64,000 nt of DNA from Octopus vulgaris (taxonomy: Eukaryota), in NCBI GenBank assembly GCA_951406725.2, contig OX597830.1, positions 34,782,001-34,846,000 on the forward strand, in the 5' to 3' direction. Numbering within the stretch: the stretch's first letter is position 1; each line of letters opens with the position of its first letter. A program made the position numbers and the translations under genes. This document shows, one piece after another, positions 1 through 14,050 of this stretch. Below the pieces are notes generated by a model. It worked only from the letters and a program-made list of their open reading frames with translations. It searched no databases and was not told where the DNA came from.

Positions 1-33
<33 letters not shown>

Positions 34-274
34 ATATATAATGTTTCTATATACGGCCAACCCGAGTATCATTATATACTGAAGTGACAAGCCACCCATC
101 ATGTCCATAAATATTTCTATAAATGTTTATCGTCAATGCTTTCTGCTGGCTGAGTAACACACATATCTATCCATGGAACTTAATTCTTCTCTCTCCCGCC
201 CTCTCTCTCTTGCTGTACCCCTATATATTGTTCATATCGATTTTTATCAATCTTTTTATCTACCTATTGCAGTA

Positions 275-337
<63 letters not shown>

Positions 338-356
338 ATATCTATCTATCTATATA

Positions 357-392
<36 letters not shown>

Positions 393-478
393 CATATACA
401 CATATACATACATACATACATATATATACATATGTATATGTATAAATACATATATATTTATATGTATATATATGCATG

Positions 479-513
<35 letters not shown>

Positions 514-963
514 GTATGAATGTATACATATATACATACATATATATATATATACATACATATGTATGTATATTATTTGTTTCAATCATTAGATTTCGGT
601 CAAGCTGAGGTACGTATATGCAATACTATCGTTATATAATAACTCAAGAATCCAATTACCTGAATTTTGATAGATAATTGTTAGTCCACTAAATAGCGCA
701 CAGAGTTAGTTCGAAAATTCAAAAATTTCCGTCAGAGCAGCAGACAGACAGTAAAACAAAAGCGGCAATTCTAAAAAGAACGACACAACGAAAGACCGGT
801 TTTCTGCAGCTTTATAAAGAGGAAGGCGCAGACGAACGTATAAAGATGAACGTATAAAGAGGAAGGCACAGTAGAGAACGTATGACTTCGGTAAGCGCAA
901 AAGTCGAAACATTTCTCAACTTTCTAAACTAATATTTCTTCACAGAATATTTTGGTGTTGCAT

Positions 964-1260
964 ATCTTCTTCTTCTTCTTCGCCTTTTTCTCCTTCTTCT
1001 CCTCCTCCTCCTCCTCCTCCTTCTTCTTCTTCTTCTTCTTCTTCTTCTTCTTCTTCTTCTTCTTCTTCTCCTCCTCCTCCTCCTCCTTCTTCTTCCTCAT
1101 CATCTTCTTCTTCTTCCTCATCATCTTCTTCTTCTTCATCTTCTTGCTCTTCATCATCATCTTCTTCTCCTTCTTCTTCATCATCATCTTCTTCTTCTTC
1201 TTTTCCTCCTCCTCCTTCATCTTCTTCTTTCTTCTCCCTTTCTTATTCCCCCTCCTCCTC
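964..1260. repeat. Compound (CTT)n/(CTC)n/(CAT)n microsatellite
   Basis: Directly visible; explains the poly-K/E and poly-F/S ORFs. Confidence 0.95.
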
Positions 1261-1307
1261 TTTTTGTCTTCCTCTTTCGTCGCCGTCAACATTAATAATA
1301 ATAACAA

Positions 1308-1656
1308 CGGTTTCAAATCTCGGCGCAAGACCAACAATTTTTGATGGCAGCGGGTATGTGGATTACATCGACCGCAGTGCTCACCAATTACTTATTTTAT
1401 CGACCTCTCAAATCGATGAAAAACAAAGTCGACCTAATCGGAATTTGAACCCAGAACGAAAATACCGCTAAGTATTTCGTCGAACTCGCTAACGATTCTG
1501 CCAACTTGCTGCCTAATAACCTTTTCTACTATAGAAACAAGGCCTGAAATTTGGATGAGGGGTAAGTCAATTATATTGACCCCAGTATTCAACTGGTACT
1601 TAATTTATCTACCCCGACAGGATGAAAGGCAAATCGACACCGACTGAATCTGAACT
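1308..1656 (-). mobile_element. Two adjacent degenerate family-A SINE copies (1308-1513; 1520-1656)
   Basis: Reverse complement matches the family-A head/core GAGTTCAAATTCC..GTCGACTTTGCCTTTCATCC..GTCGATAAAATAAGTACCAG seen intact at 19911. Confidence 0.8.
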
Positions 1657-1706
1657 TGCTGCTTAATAAGAGAAGTAAATATCGTTTCAAATTTGGGCTA
1701 ACATTT

Positions 1707-1969
1707 AGGCACAGGAGTGGCTGTGTGTGTAAGTACCAAGCTAACAAACTACATGGTTCCGGGTTCAGTCCCACTGCGTGGCACCTTGGGCAAGTGACTT
1801 CTACTATAGCCTCGGGCCAACGAAAGCCTTTGTGGTAAGTAGCTAGCTTACCAACCACATGGTTCCAGATTCAGTCCCACGGCGTAGAATCTTGGGCAAG
1901 TGTCCTCGGGCCGAGCAAAGCCTTGTGAGAGTGGCTTTGGTAGACGGAAACTGAAAAAAGCCCGTCGGA

Positions 1970-2020
<51 letters not shown>

Positions 2021-2258
2021 ATACATGTGTATGTGTGTGTATATGTTTGTTTGTCTGTGTTTGTCCCTCCCCCACCACCATCGCTTGACAATTGATGCTG
2101 GTGTGTTTACGTGTCCTAGCGGTTCGGCAAAAAGAGACTGATAGAATAAGTACTAGGCTTACAAAGAATAAGCCCTGGGATCGATGTGTTCGACTAAAGG
2201 CGGTGCTCCAGTATGGCCGCAGTCAAATGTATGAAAAAGGTAAAAGAGTAAAAGAGGA
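1707..2258 (+). mobile_element. Family-B tRNA-derived SINE (CORE-like CCTTGGGCAAGT block, internal TA/TG microsatellite) with duplicated head
   Basis: A-box-like TGGCTGTGTGG, B-box-like GGTTCAGTCCC and tail GTAAAAGAG repeats; head present twice (1707-1835 and 1830 onward); same family at 36385, 43043, 48414. Confidence 0.85.
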
Positions 2259-2367
2259 CAGTTATTTTCGTAGGATAATAGTGTTAATAATAATAACAAT
2301 AATAATGTGTTTAGTAGAAGAAGATGAAAAGTCTCAGCTCGTTTCTTTTTTATTTATAAACATAATA

Positions 2368-3135
2368 TTGGGTTGTCCGGAAAGTTCGTGCCGATTTATT
2401 GTAGCTTACCTTTCGACTTATTTTAGAACATGATTGGATCCCTAAAATAGGATTTTAATTCGTGGAAGAAGGTTTATGTTCCTATAACCTGTGTTAATTC
2501 TGTAACCCTTTAAAATGGAAGATAAGAAAGTTCATTTTCGGCACTTGATGCTTTGGGAACCAGACAAAAATTGCTGCAGCTTGGCTGGGATGTGTTACCC
2601 CACCCTCCGTACTCACAGATATTGCTCCTCGAGCTGGCAGAAACGTTAGCACGCCGACCGAAATGCGTAGCCGTATTTCGTCTGCCGTTACGTTCTGAGT
2701 TCAAATTCCGCCGAGATCGACTTTGCCTTTCATTCTTTCGGGGTCTATTAAATAAGTACCAGTTACGCACTGGGGTCGATATAATCGAATTAATCCGTTT
2801 GTCTGTCCTTGTTTGTCCTCTCTGTGTTTAGCCCCTTGTGGGTAGTAAAGAAATAGATATTTCTCCTTCGGATTTCTACTTATCCAGGTCTCTGCAGAAT
2901 AGACTTAATGACAAAAATTTCAATTCCTTGGATGACGAAAAAAGATACCTTAATGAATTCTTTGCCATGGAACCACCGTAATTCTGGGAAGAGGGTATTT
3001 TCAAGTTAAAGGAAAGATGGAGACGCATTGTGCAACAAAATGGTTCATATTTGGTTGATTAAAAATGCAATGGCAAGTATTTATTGACCTTTTTCTTTCC
3101 TTTAAAAATCGGCACGAACTTTCCGGACAACCCAA
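2368..3135 (+). mobile_element. Internally deleted mariner transposon with intact 30-bp TIRs and TA TSD, interrupted by a SINE
   Basis: TA|TTGGGTTGTCCGGAAAGTTCGTGCCGATTT ... AAATCGGCACGAACTTTCCGGACAACCCAA|TA. Transposase remnants MEDKKVHFRHLMLW // TRQKLLQLGWDVLPHPPYS.DIAP // SDFYLSRSLQN...FWEEGIFKLKERWRRIVQQNGSYLVD*. Confidence 0.93.
2630..2854 (+). mobile_element. Family-A SINE inserted in the mariner YSPDLAP motif
   Basis: TSD agatatt(g/t)ctcct at 2617-2629 and 2855-2867 (13 bp, 1 mismatch). Confidence 0.92.
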
Positions 3136-3214
3136 TAATAATATTTGATAATAACGATAGCAATGACAATGGTAACAATAAGAACCACATACATGGAAGT
3201 GTATGTATACATGC

Positions 3215-3245
<31 letters not shown>

Positions 3246-3844
3246 TGTATGTATGTATGTATGTATGTATGTATGTATGTATGTACGTATGTATGTATGT
3301 ATGTATGTATGTATGTATGTATGTATGTATGTATGTATGTATGTATGTATGTATGTATGTGTGTATGTATGTATAGAACTGTGTAGCACTGGGTTATATG
3401 AGAACGCCGAATGAAAGATAGTGAATGACGCATACATCAAGCGAGTGTTGATTGGTAAATGAACTATTAAGCGAAGTTCATTGATTGTTGCTGTAAATAA
3501 AGAAAAAAGAAAAGAAGGTGGAACGAAAGGTTGAAAAGAGATAAATGAAAAAAAAAATGAACTAATAATGGTAAATATAATATATATCTGAAATTGATGT
3601 GTGACTGCACACCCAGCCTAAACTTTAATATACAATCAAAAGTGAATTATTCCATAATGAAAATGTTGCATTTGAAAGTGTTTGCCTACATTTGGCATGC
3701 AAACATATAGGCAGAAAGACTCGAGAATATATCTCACATAAATAGACACACTTTCATGTGCGTTTACGCATACATGTAAATAATACATATTACTTATTTA
3801 TATATGAGTAATCAGAAAATTATACATATAAACATATATATATA

Positions 3845-3886
<42 letters not shown>

Positions 3887-3900
3887 CGTGTGTGTGTGTG

Positions 3901-3958
<58 letters not shown>

Positions 3959-4525
3959 CGTGTGAGTGTGTATATATATATGTGTATGTATATATATTTG
4001 TATATATATTTATATATGTATGTATGTATATATACATATACATAATTAAATATATGTAAATATGTATGACTACTTGTTTACCTATATAGATTATAAAACG
4101 GAGGGGTATAACTGTAAGCATACATATATCTATGCCTATATTTATGCATGTATATATGTATGTAGGTACATATGTGTCTATGAACATGAATTGATCTCTA
4201 CGCTTGTTTCTATGAGCGAGTGTATATATATGTATCAGTGTGTAAAAAAAAACACATTATGAAGCTATTTCGTTTAATTTGCGTATATTTATGTTAATGT
4301 CATAAAAATACACATCAACACAGAGACATTTGTATGCGTGTTTGTGTGACTCCGTGAGTGCGTGCATGCGTGTGTGTGTGTTGTGTGTGTGTGTGTGTGT
4401 GTGCGTGTGTGTGTGTGCGTGCGTGCATGTGTGTGTTATGCACTTGTGGCCTTATTCTTAGTTTACATTTTTATTTGTTCTCTGAATATGATTTCGCATA
4501 ATTAAGTATATATTTGTGTTCAAAG

Positions 4526-4582
<57 letters not shown>

Positions 4583-4734
4583 TATATTGAATATATTATA
4601 TATATATATATATATATATACATATATATATGCATATATTTTATATATATATACATGCATCTACATATGTTTATAGGTTTCAATATACTCGTATACAAAT
4701 ATGCATGCATGTGTACATACATATATATATATAT

Positions 4735-4772
<38 letters not shown>

Positions 4773-5028
4773 ACATATATACGTGGACATGTGCCCCATG
4801 CAAAATAATGTAGCTCGTTCGAAGCATATTTTTATGTAAGTGATCAATATATAATAACTAGACTATTGTACGATAAATATGGAATGAGTCTTCTGGAAAC
4901 CGAGTACATTTCTCAGTACAGATGAACTCAATAATACATTCACTCGTATACACACGCACACACACAGACATACTATATCTCTTGGGGGCAATTATATTTT
5001 AATTTATTCAATACATTAATATACCTAT

Positions 5029-5545
5029 GTGAAGGCGCGTGGCTTAGTGGTTAGGGTGTTTGGCTCACGATCGTAAGGTCATGAGTTCAAGTCCACTCAG
5101 CTGATAAAAATGAGGAGGAGACCCGCTTCGGTCATGAATGACCATGGGATTGCACCTAGAAAGTTACCCTCCGAGGTACAAGTCTGGGCAATGTTGTTTA
5201 TGGAAGGCCAGCAGTCGTCCATGCATACCAGCCTCCCCTCTCTACACCACTGATGTTATCCAAGGGAAAGGCAAAGGGGCCGATACAGCTTGGCACCAGT
5301 GGTGTCACAAATCGTTTCTACAGCTGAGTTAACTGGAGCAACGTGAAATAAAGTGTCTTGTCCAATAATATAACACGCAGCCTACCTGTATTTCAAAGGG
5401 CCACTCTGAATCTCCCTGAGAACAACGTTAAGGATACACGTGTCTCTAGAGAGCTCAGCTACTTGCACGTTAATCTCACAAGCAAGCTTTTCCATTGATT
5501 GTATCAGCTGTGACGCTCGTCGCCGTAACCGACGGAGTGCTCCTT
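5029..5545 (+). mobile_element. Family-C tRNA-derived SINE with an internal deletion and a nested antisense SINE fragment (~5115-5382)
   Basis: Head GTGAAGGCGCGTGGCTTAGTGGTTAGGG..GAGTTCAA. Tail matches the copies at 27025, 33990 and 37188. The insert ends in the reverse complement of the shared block ACACTTTATTTCACGTTGCTCCAG. Confidence 0.8.
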
Positions 5546-7039
5546 AGAATATGAAATATCAAAAGCTTTAAAAGTATGAGATGATTAAAAGTTTTGTGAG
5601 AATCAGCAAAAGTGAATTAACGTTTATCAGAGTCTGGGGTCAGAGTCAGAAGTGGATGCGAAGTTTTCGGTTATTCATGAATCAGCAGTCAGTCACATGA
5701 CCAGTGATACATTTGCAGAGTATTTTCCTGGACTTACTATTGCTCTAGTCAACTCCTCTTTCCGGATCGATTTTGATGAAATGTTCCCCAAGAGAAACTT
5801 TTTTTAACGCTTGTTTTTCTCAGTCACTGACCTCTATAATAGTTTTCTTTACACGACTTTTAATAGCTTTCCTAAAGTATAGTTCAGTTGCATGGGAATT
5901 GTATAATACTGGTACATAACGTCACACATTCTCGCAAGTCGCATCGCTGGCAAGATGACTCCATGTCTCACGTGCTTTCTCTATTTCATACGATGTCTTC
6001 CTTTCTATTATTGTTACATTACATACACAGATATCCACACAAAGACATGCACGCACACAGAAGTGCATACACACATACATACACACACTCACTAATGAAA
6101 AAAAGAAAATGATTACCCAGTGCTTCTGTCGTAAGGTTTTTAACATGCTATCTTAACAATGAACTTTGAATGCTCTCAATACGCGCATCTATCTTCTACT
6201 GAAAATAGGCTTTCAACATGCTATTTCGAACGTATTTCGTCGAATGAACAATTTTTATCTGCAGCAACGATGTTTATTTACGACTTTGAATTTTATCTCT
6301 TTAAATATTTAATCTTCCGCCATTTCTTATTGCTGTTTCTTGCCTTGGACATTTATTTAACTGCTAACATTTACTTTATTGAATTGCTTTGGAAGATTCT
6401 TGTCAAGTGTCATTGGAGACGGCACTTGAATAAAATCCTTTCTATGCCCAGAATGTGACATCCCTGATGAACTCCTGTGTTTGATGTAAATGAAGTTCAT
6501 TTTATGATAAAAATTCTGGTAGGCAGCATTGATAGAACCTTTTTAATATTTTAGGTGACATACACTACACATACCACATATGCCTATCAACGAACATTAC
6601 ATATACTGACCTGTATCAGTGCATTAATATCAAACCAGCTCTACACCGAATTCTCCTTTTCCAGTTTAAGGCAAATTTCATTGTCTTAGGATTCGCTTTT
6701 TCAAAAGTGTACAACCTATACAGATGAACTAATCTGTAACCTCACACTAGCGTGCAACTAAATGATGCATGACGACTATTATTTATAATTAAAGCAAGGC
6801 GGAGCTTATTTTGGAGAAGTAGTAAAGAAGGTTCTGCATCGTATACCTAATGTAGTGTTTTAGATAATAATCATCGGTATAAACGAGGGCTCAAACATGA
6901 GCTGATTTCACCTTAGTGTTTGTGTTAAACAGTAATGAATGTAAAGCAGGCGTGTTGCTCTTCTCGCTTGTTATCATTGCACTGTAGGATTTAAGCTAAA
7001 AAACGTAAAGCTAGAAGAAACCACGCTAAGCATTTTGCC

Positions 7040-7210
7040 TAACTAGCATTTCGTTTGTCTTCACGTTATGAATTCTAATTCTGCCGGGGTTAACTTTACC
7101 TTCCATCCCTTCAGAGTTGACAAAATAAATACCATTTGATAGGGGAGGTCGATGTAATCGACTCACGCCCTCTTCCGAAATTGTTGGTCTTGTACCAAAA
7201 TTTGAAATAA
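7040..7210 (+). mobile_element. Degenerate family-A SINE
   Basis: Diverged core and type-2 tail ...GGTCTTGTACCAAAATTTGAAA. Confidence 0.7.
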
Positions 7211-7233
7211 TTATTACTATTATTATTATTATT

Positions 7234-7782
7234 GAGTGAGAGAGCAGTGCATGCCATCTAAGTGACACTGGTGTAAAATATACGAAGCCTAGTATACCCA
7301 TCATGACTACCCGTCTGATAAGGGTACACTAGATACATGCATCACAACCATGTGCGCGCGACATGGTGATCACATATCAAGATGAACAGCATATGACCTT
7401 ACGGGTGGAGCCCAGTTAGAATTTTTTTTCAGGTCGAGTAGCCCATCCCGCTGAAAAGGTCCCTGAATAAGGGTTGTTTAAGGATGTTGAACGAAACACC
7501 CATGTTTCCAGAAGTGAATTATTCAAATCCCAAAGAATCCCTCTCAACACGTGGCTATGATGCTCTCCCATTACTACCAGGGACTTGCTCAACTGGTTAC
7601 GGTCAAACAACTGACAAGCGAATCTATGGAGAATATTTGCTCCACAGAATATTCTGCTGTACAGCAGAATATTTGCTGTAGCCCATCTTTTATACCAAGA
7701 CAAAACAATGTACATGATAACACTTCCAATCAGTTAAGATTAGAAGCCAAGAGAGCCATTGTCTGGTACTGCATCAGGGCAT
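7234..7782 (-). mobile_element. Dispersed non-coding repeat (family E) embedded in an (AAT/ATT)n tract; probable non-LTR element 3' UTR or non-autonomous derivative
   Basis: Second partial copy in the opposite orientation at 14672-14975; flanked on both sides by ATT repeats; strand assignment inferred. Confidence 0.65.
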
Positions 7783-7806
7783 ATTATTATTATTATTATT
7801 ATTATT

Positions 7807-7881
<75 letters not shown>

Positions 7882-7915
7882 GCTGCTGTTGTTGCTGTTG
7901 TTGCTGTTGTTGTTG

Positions 7916-7994
<79 letters not shown>

Positions 7995-7995
7995 C
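7783..7995. repeat. (ATT)n(GTT)n(ATT)n microsatellite
   Basis: Directly visible. Confidence 0.95.
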
Positions 7996-9589
7996 ATTAC
8001 AATAGCAACGGTTGTTATAGTGATAATAATAACAATAACGTAGCAAAATTTATGTAGATTCTCACTTCGGCAGAACCTACATAGGTTTTTTAGCATCTGG
8101 TTAATGTTGATCATCGAAGACTCTAGATCTCTCTAGTAAAACACCAATAACAAACGAAGCAATGCAGTTCATCTTGTTTATTTCGTAAGACAAAGCTCTC
8201 AATTGATGAAGAAGAACACAACAGAAATTCTGTAAACTTTCTTAACTTCTCTGATATTTTAGATCAGATGTTTCCCTGTTAATTTTTGAATATTTCCTCG
8301 CATAACAGTCTGGTAATCTCTCCCAGATTATTTCTTTCTTTTTTCTTTTTTTTTTCATTCCACCCACCAAAAATTTTTTAAAAAGTGGTTTGGAACAGAT
8401 TTTCTTCGAACGTGGATTCTTGTACCAAACTCCATCCAATTCTTCATTATCATGATTTTCAGTCGGAGCAGTAGACCACGTCTACCAAACCAGCACAACT
8501 AAGTGCCTATGCATTACGAGCGCAATCATGCCTCCGTAATTATACCAGTTTACCAATGTCATCGGCAACAATAACATTCTCCACCTACCAAACAATGGCC
8601 CTTATTGCTTTTCGACTATTCTATTTTCATTTTCTTGTTGTTATTTTAAAATTTTAATGGAATAAACGAGATGTAGATAAGAAAAGACAACGGGACAAGA
8701 AGGAAAGATAGAGAACGAGAAAATTAGACAGGTAAGGGAAAGATAGAAAGAGAAAGAGAGAGGTAGGAGAAAAGAAAAGGAGGACTTAGTGAGAGAGGGA
8801 TTAACTTCTTTTTGTTTTCTCCTCTTTCTTTCTTTCTGTCTTTCTTTTCCTCTTACTGTCTCTCCTTTCTTTCTTTCTCTCTCACATCCCCACTCTCTAT
8901 CTTCCTCTCTTTATTCAAACAGAATACTACCACCCATACCATCTACACCACCACCACCGCCGCCGCCGCCGCCGCCACCACCACCGCCGCCGCCGCCGCC
9001 GCCACATTTTACAGTTTTACTTTAGTTCGCGGATTAAAAAGCGACTTTTCATTTATTATTTTGTAAACGACTCACAACAGATGTGAGAAAGCGTCAAAAG
9101 ATCTCTTTCCTCCTCCTCTCTAATCTCACCACCGAACGTCACCTCGCCATCATGTCACCTCTGCCTGTTTCCGTTTCCGTCCGACCAACCGACCAACCGA
9201 CAAACCGACCGACCGACCAACCGACCGACCGACCGATCGACCCTCGTCATCTTGATTTCGTTCACTCAAAGCATATGATAATCAGCGAAGATGGATGTTA
9301 ATGGTGACAGAGTGAGTGAGTGACAGACAGCCCCCACGCTTCAGGGAGGGCAAAGCGAAACAATGGTATCGAAGTGTGTATGTGTGGTTAAAAGGTGGTT
9401 GTTTGATCGTTAGGTTGATATTGGTCGCAGTGCAGTGAATGCCAGGGTGATGCTGCTGCTGCTGGTGGTGGTGGTATCGACGGTGGCGACTGCCGTGATG
9501 GAGGACTGCGATACTGGCGGTGGTAGTGGTGGGAGTGGTGGCATTAGCGGTGAGTTCGTTAGTGGGATTTGTGATGAGGTGATGCTGAC

Positions 9590-9611
9590 TTGATGATGAT
9601 GATGATGATGT

Positions 9612-9652
<41 letters not shown>

Positions 9653-9665
9653 GTGATGGTGGTGG

Positions 9666-9753
<88 letters not shown>

Positions 9754-9758
9754 GGTGG

Positions 9759-9790
<32 letters not shown>

Positions 9791-9854
9791 GTGATGGTGG
9801 TGGTGGCGGTGGTGATGATGATGATGATGATGATGGTGATGGTGGTGGTGGTGG

Positions 9855-9914
<60 letters not shown>

Positions 9915-9929
9915 CGATGATGTTGTTGT

Positions 9930-9967
<38 letters not shown>

Positions 9968-10815
9968 TTGATGATGATGATGATGGCAATGGCGATCGTG
10001 ATCGTTGCAGTTCTTGATTAGTGCTGGTTGGCGTTGGTCATGTTAGCTTGTGGTGTGTATTGATGGCTGCGATGATAGTGGCCGCTCTATGGGTTGCTGT
10101 TGTTGTTGTTGTGGTGGTGGTGGTGGTGTTAGCAAGTGAGAGGGTTGATGGCACGATGTTGGGTTTGATGTAGGGAAGGGGGTTCAGAGGGTGATAATGG
10201 TGGCGGAGTTGTGATAGAGGAGACGATTAATTTATTTGGTAGTAGCGGTGATGGTAGTGGTGGTGGTGGTGGTGGTGGTAGTGTTGTTGTTGTTGGTGGT
10301 GGTAGTAGTGTTGTTGTTGTTATTGGTGGTGGTGCTAGTGGTGGTGGTGCTAATGGTGGTAGTGTTGATGGTGGCAGTGATGCTGGGGATATTGGTGATG
10401 GTGTTGGTGGTAGTGGTGCTGGTGGTGGCGGTAGTGGTGGTGCTAGTGGTGGTAGTGTTGATGGTGGCAGTGATGCTGGGGATATTGGTGATGGTGTTGG
10501 TGGTAGTGGTGCTGGTGGTGGTTGTAGTGGTGGTGCTAGTGGTGGTAGTGTTAATGGTTGTAGTGGTAGTAGTAGTGGTGGTAGCGGTGCTATTGGTGGC
10601 AGTGGTGGTGAGGCTAGTGGTGGTGGTAGTGGTGGTGGTGGTGGTAGTGTTGATGGCGGTAGTTGTGGTGTTGATCGTGGTAGTGGTGCTAGTGGTGGTA
10701 GTGATGGTGGTAGTGATGGCTGTAGTGGTGGTGGTGGTGGTGGTGGTGGTAGTGGTGGTGTTGCTAGCGGTAGAAGTGTTGATGGTGGCAGTGGCGGTGC
10801 TGGTAGTGCTGGTGA
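9590..10815. repeat. (GAT)n/(GGT)n low-complexity field including a ~93-bp tandem duplication (~10341-10526)
   Basis: Unit translates GGASGGSVDGGSDAGDIGDGVGGSGAGGG(G/C)S twice; open in several frames as expected for a triplet repeat. Confidence 0.9.
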
Positions 10816-11136
10816 TCTTGGGATTGTTTTATGGATGATGTAGTGTAGTTGTTAGTGATGACAGTGGTATAGTCTCAGTTTAGTGGAGTGGATGTAATTT
10901 GCGTCGATTGTTGCCGGCTGAAGCGGCCTGTTATGTTGATGATAATGTGTGTGTGTGTATATGCCTGTGTGCTTATGTGCATGCGTGTGCGTGCTATGTG
11001 TGTGTGTGTGGGGGGTATGCTTGTGATAGTGACTCTTCATATTATACTGGTATGGCCGTGGTGACATGCATAGTCATGTTATTTATAGTGTGTGCGAAGG
11101 AGTGTGTGTGAGTGAGGATGAGAGAGAGAGAGAGAG

Positions 11137-11198
<62 letters not shown>

Positions 11199-12629
11199 TG
11201 AAAGAGAGAAGGGAGCATAGAGGATTGAGACCGGTGACTGAAATAATACTGGTGGTTTACAGAAGTATGGAAGAGTGATGGTGACAGCTGTGGTGATGAT
11301 GATGTTGTGACAATGGTAGTGGTGTTGACAGTTGTGATGGTTGTTGTGATGGTGGTGGTAGTGTGTGGTAATGGTGGTGGTTTGTGGTGATGGTAGTGGT
11401 GGTGGTTTGTGGGGATGGTAATGGTGGTGGTTTTGTGGTGATGGTGGTGGTGGTGGTGACGGTGACGAAAGTCGTCTAGTTGTAATTTGTTAATAATGTT
11501 ATTAGCGATGGTATAAACAGTACTGGGAATATTAATTCGGTCGGCTGTGTTTGATTTATAGCGGCAGTTAATATTCAAAAAGGCATTGATGTGATAGTAG
11601 TGTCGGTAATGGTGAGTATTGGAATTCGTGGTTGTCTTCCGAGTTTCCGCGAAGAACCTGTCTTGCTTATTTCTCCCCATCCTCACCTTCCCGTAAGTAG
11701 TGGACGGTGACAATCTGAAGAATAACAGCAAGTTCTTAACGTCTCCATCATGGCCTTACCTTTGCTCGTTCTTGACGATTTCATCGCAGCTGTAATTAAT
11801 ACACGCCGTTTGGTACAAACTTAAGATTACCTACATTTTATGTTCGTCTTTTCTACTTAAATGAGTATAAGTAAAACGAAAAACTGCAAGCTAACTGCCT
11901 GAGATCTTAGGTCTAACATTCGAACGCCAGTGATGGCATATGAACGGATGAAAATAACTTGATTGCTGCATCAATTACAATATATCTGCTGAGAGTCGAC
12001 TTAAGTGTTTGTCATTTGAGCACTTCTCGAGCGACATGAATTTATTTATTATATATTTATTTTAGATCACAATTGATGAACCATGGCGTCTTTCGTTACA
12101 GGTTTCCAACTGATTAATTAGTGGTTCATTGCATTTCTGACAGCGAGAATAACAATGAGTGTATATAACTCAGTTTAAATCAGATATATAACCGATATTT
12201 TGTTACCCTCTCTTCCATGCCAAAGGATACCAGTATACCAATCATCTCTATTGGCTTGGCACCAAGCCAGATTTGTTTCCGACGCGGTAACAGCTGTTCG
12301 ACATTAACCCACAAATTAGCATTGTACGAACTCTAAATGAATGTGTTTTGAACGGTCTTTTCAATCAGTGTACGTCTCGGACAGATTCGGTTGCATAGCC
12401 AAAAGCGGAGCTTATTCTGTCGATCATCTTTAGCCGGTGATGTTATTTCATTAATAGATATCAAGAAATTGAGATAAAAACAATATTTTTTTAAAATTCT
12501 TAATGGGGAACGAAGGTAATAATTATGAACTTTTTGAGGGTCTCTGAAGCTGGAAAGAAAGTGCAAGGAAAATTTCTTCAAGCTAAAAGCTTAATTTGAT
12601 CTTGGTGGGGATTCGGATTCAGAAAGCAA

Positions 12630-12808
12630 TCCTTTCTACTTTCTAATATATGCACAATGCCTGAAATTCGGAGTGGAGAGTCGATTACATTGAGCCTAGT
12701 ATGCAACTGGCGCTGATTTCATTTCTCACGCAAAGATAAAAAGCAGATCTGATCCCAGCAGAATTTCTGCTCAGAACGTCAAACCGGACGAAATGAGGCT
12801 AAGCATTA
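12630..12808 (-). mobile_element. Degenerate family-A SINE
   Basis: Reverse-complement similarity to the type-2 tail and core. Confidence 0.65.
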
Positions 12809-12999
12809 TAAAATAATAATAATAATAAATCACCCTCCTCACCAAGAAATCTTGGTGGGGTTGCCAGTTTAGTCGCCAACGACCCGACCATGTAACTGGT
12901 TGTACTGGGTTACATGTTACCAGAAGCTCCAAGCGGAGACCTGACACATTTATAATAATGATAATAATAATAATAATAACAACAACAATAATAATAATA

Positions 13000-13755
13000 C
13001 ATTGACCATGTGGTCTCCAAGTGCAGTCTTCTAGCGCCTACAGAGTATCTCAACAGGCACGATAGAGCTGCACAATATATTCACTGGGTAATCTGTAAAA
13101 ACCTGGATTTGCCCCATGAAAAAAACTGGTGGGAACACAAACCACCCCCAGTGCTTGAAAATGACCACATCTCACTCCTCTGGAACTTCACCATTCAAAC
13201 TGACAGGAAGATAGATGCAAATAGGCCAGACATCATATTGAAAAACTTCAAACAAAGAACATGCCTCCTCATTGATATGACTGTCCCAATCGATATAAAC
13301 GTATCTGTCAAGACCTACCAAAAACTGAGCAAATATAAAGATCTTGAAATAGAAATCAGCAAAATGTGGAAGCTGAAGACTAAAACAATACCTGTTGTCA
13401 TAGGTGCCCTGGGAATGATAGCAAAAGGGGCTGATAGCTACCTAACTCAGATACCAGGAAACCCAAAAATGGCAGAAGTTCAAAAGATAGTGCTCATGGG
13501 AACTGCTCATATCCTACGCAAAATACTCTCTATGTAATCTCAAGGTTTAAAACAAACATAATTTTCGGTAAAAAAAAAAAAAAAAACCTTTTTTTTTTTT
13601 TTTTTTTTTAGACATTCATTAGTACAACATCCCCACCCCCCAAATATATGGCACACTAGGCATAACAACAACATGAACTTCCAACCCTGTTGTCTCTTGA
13701 GGTCTCTGGGTGAGACTTGGAGCCAACTTGTACAAATATAAAGCAAAAGTCAAAC

Positions 13756-13758
<3 letters not shown>
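13000..13758 (+). mobile_element. 5'-truncated R4/Dong-clade non-LTR retrotransposon (zinc-knuckle remnant, restriction-like endonuclease, 3' UTR)
   Basis: Frame to stop at 13537: IDHVVSKC..YLNRHD..W..RPDIIL..LIDMTVP.D.N..K..KLSKYKDL..PVVIGALG..QKIVLMGTAHILRKIL. These are RHD and PD-(D/E)xK RLE motifs; flanked by (AAT)n on both sides. Confidence 0.92.
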
Positions 13759-13808
<50 letters not shown>

Positions 13809-14050
13809 GATCGAGGAAAAAGGTAGCAGTAGTACCAATAATGGGAACAGTGAGTAAAGATCTCGAGAAGTACGTAGAACAAATAGGGCCTGTAATAAGG
13901 GTGGAGCACTTGCAGAAAACAGCAATGCTTGGATCCCCCCGAATATTCCGGAAGGTGCTCGAAAAGTAAGGGGTGTTACCTTAGCTCACTGGTAGTGAAC
14001 AGCGGACACCGTAGTACATCTCCAGCTTTAGAAGTCGTGCAAAGGCAATA
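13809..14050 (+). mobile_element. 3' end of a second, distinct R4/Dong-like family
   Basis: My translation KKVAVVPIMGTVSKDLEKYVEQIGPVIRVEHLQKTAMLGSPRIFRKVLEK* (stop 13967-13969) aligns with the C-terminus of the 13000 ORF; different 3' UTR; AAT on both sides. Confidence 0.8.

Noticed and set aside
6460-6500. CTGATGA hammerhead-like core (also at ~50387)
   Set aside because: No stem II/GAAA/stem I arrangement follows.
9282-10021. Poly-Ser and poly-Met ORFs
   Set aside because: Pure (GAT)n microsatellite translations; no reflectin-type motif.
10211-10843. 210-aa Gly-rich ORF resembling a structural protein
   Set aside because: Arises from (GGT)n-type repeats open in several frames; non-ATG start; lacks the GGY/His motifs of suckerins or beak proteins.
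11688-11800. Two possible minus-strand micro-exons (30 and 28 nt) with AG/GT boundaries
   Set aside because: Separated by only ~45 nt with no recognisable peptide; such pairs are expected by chance in 64 kb.
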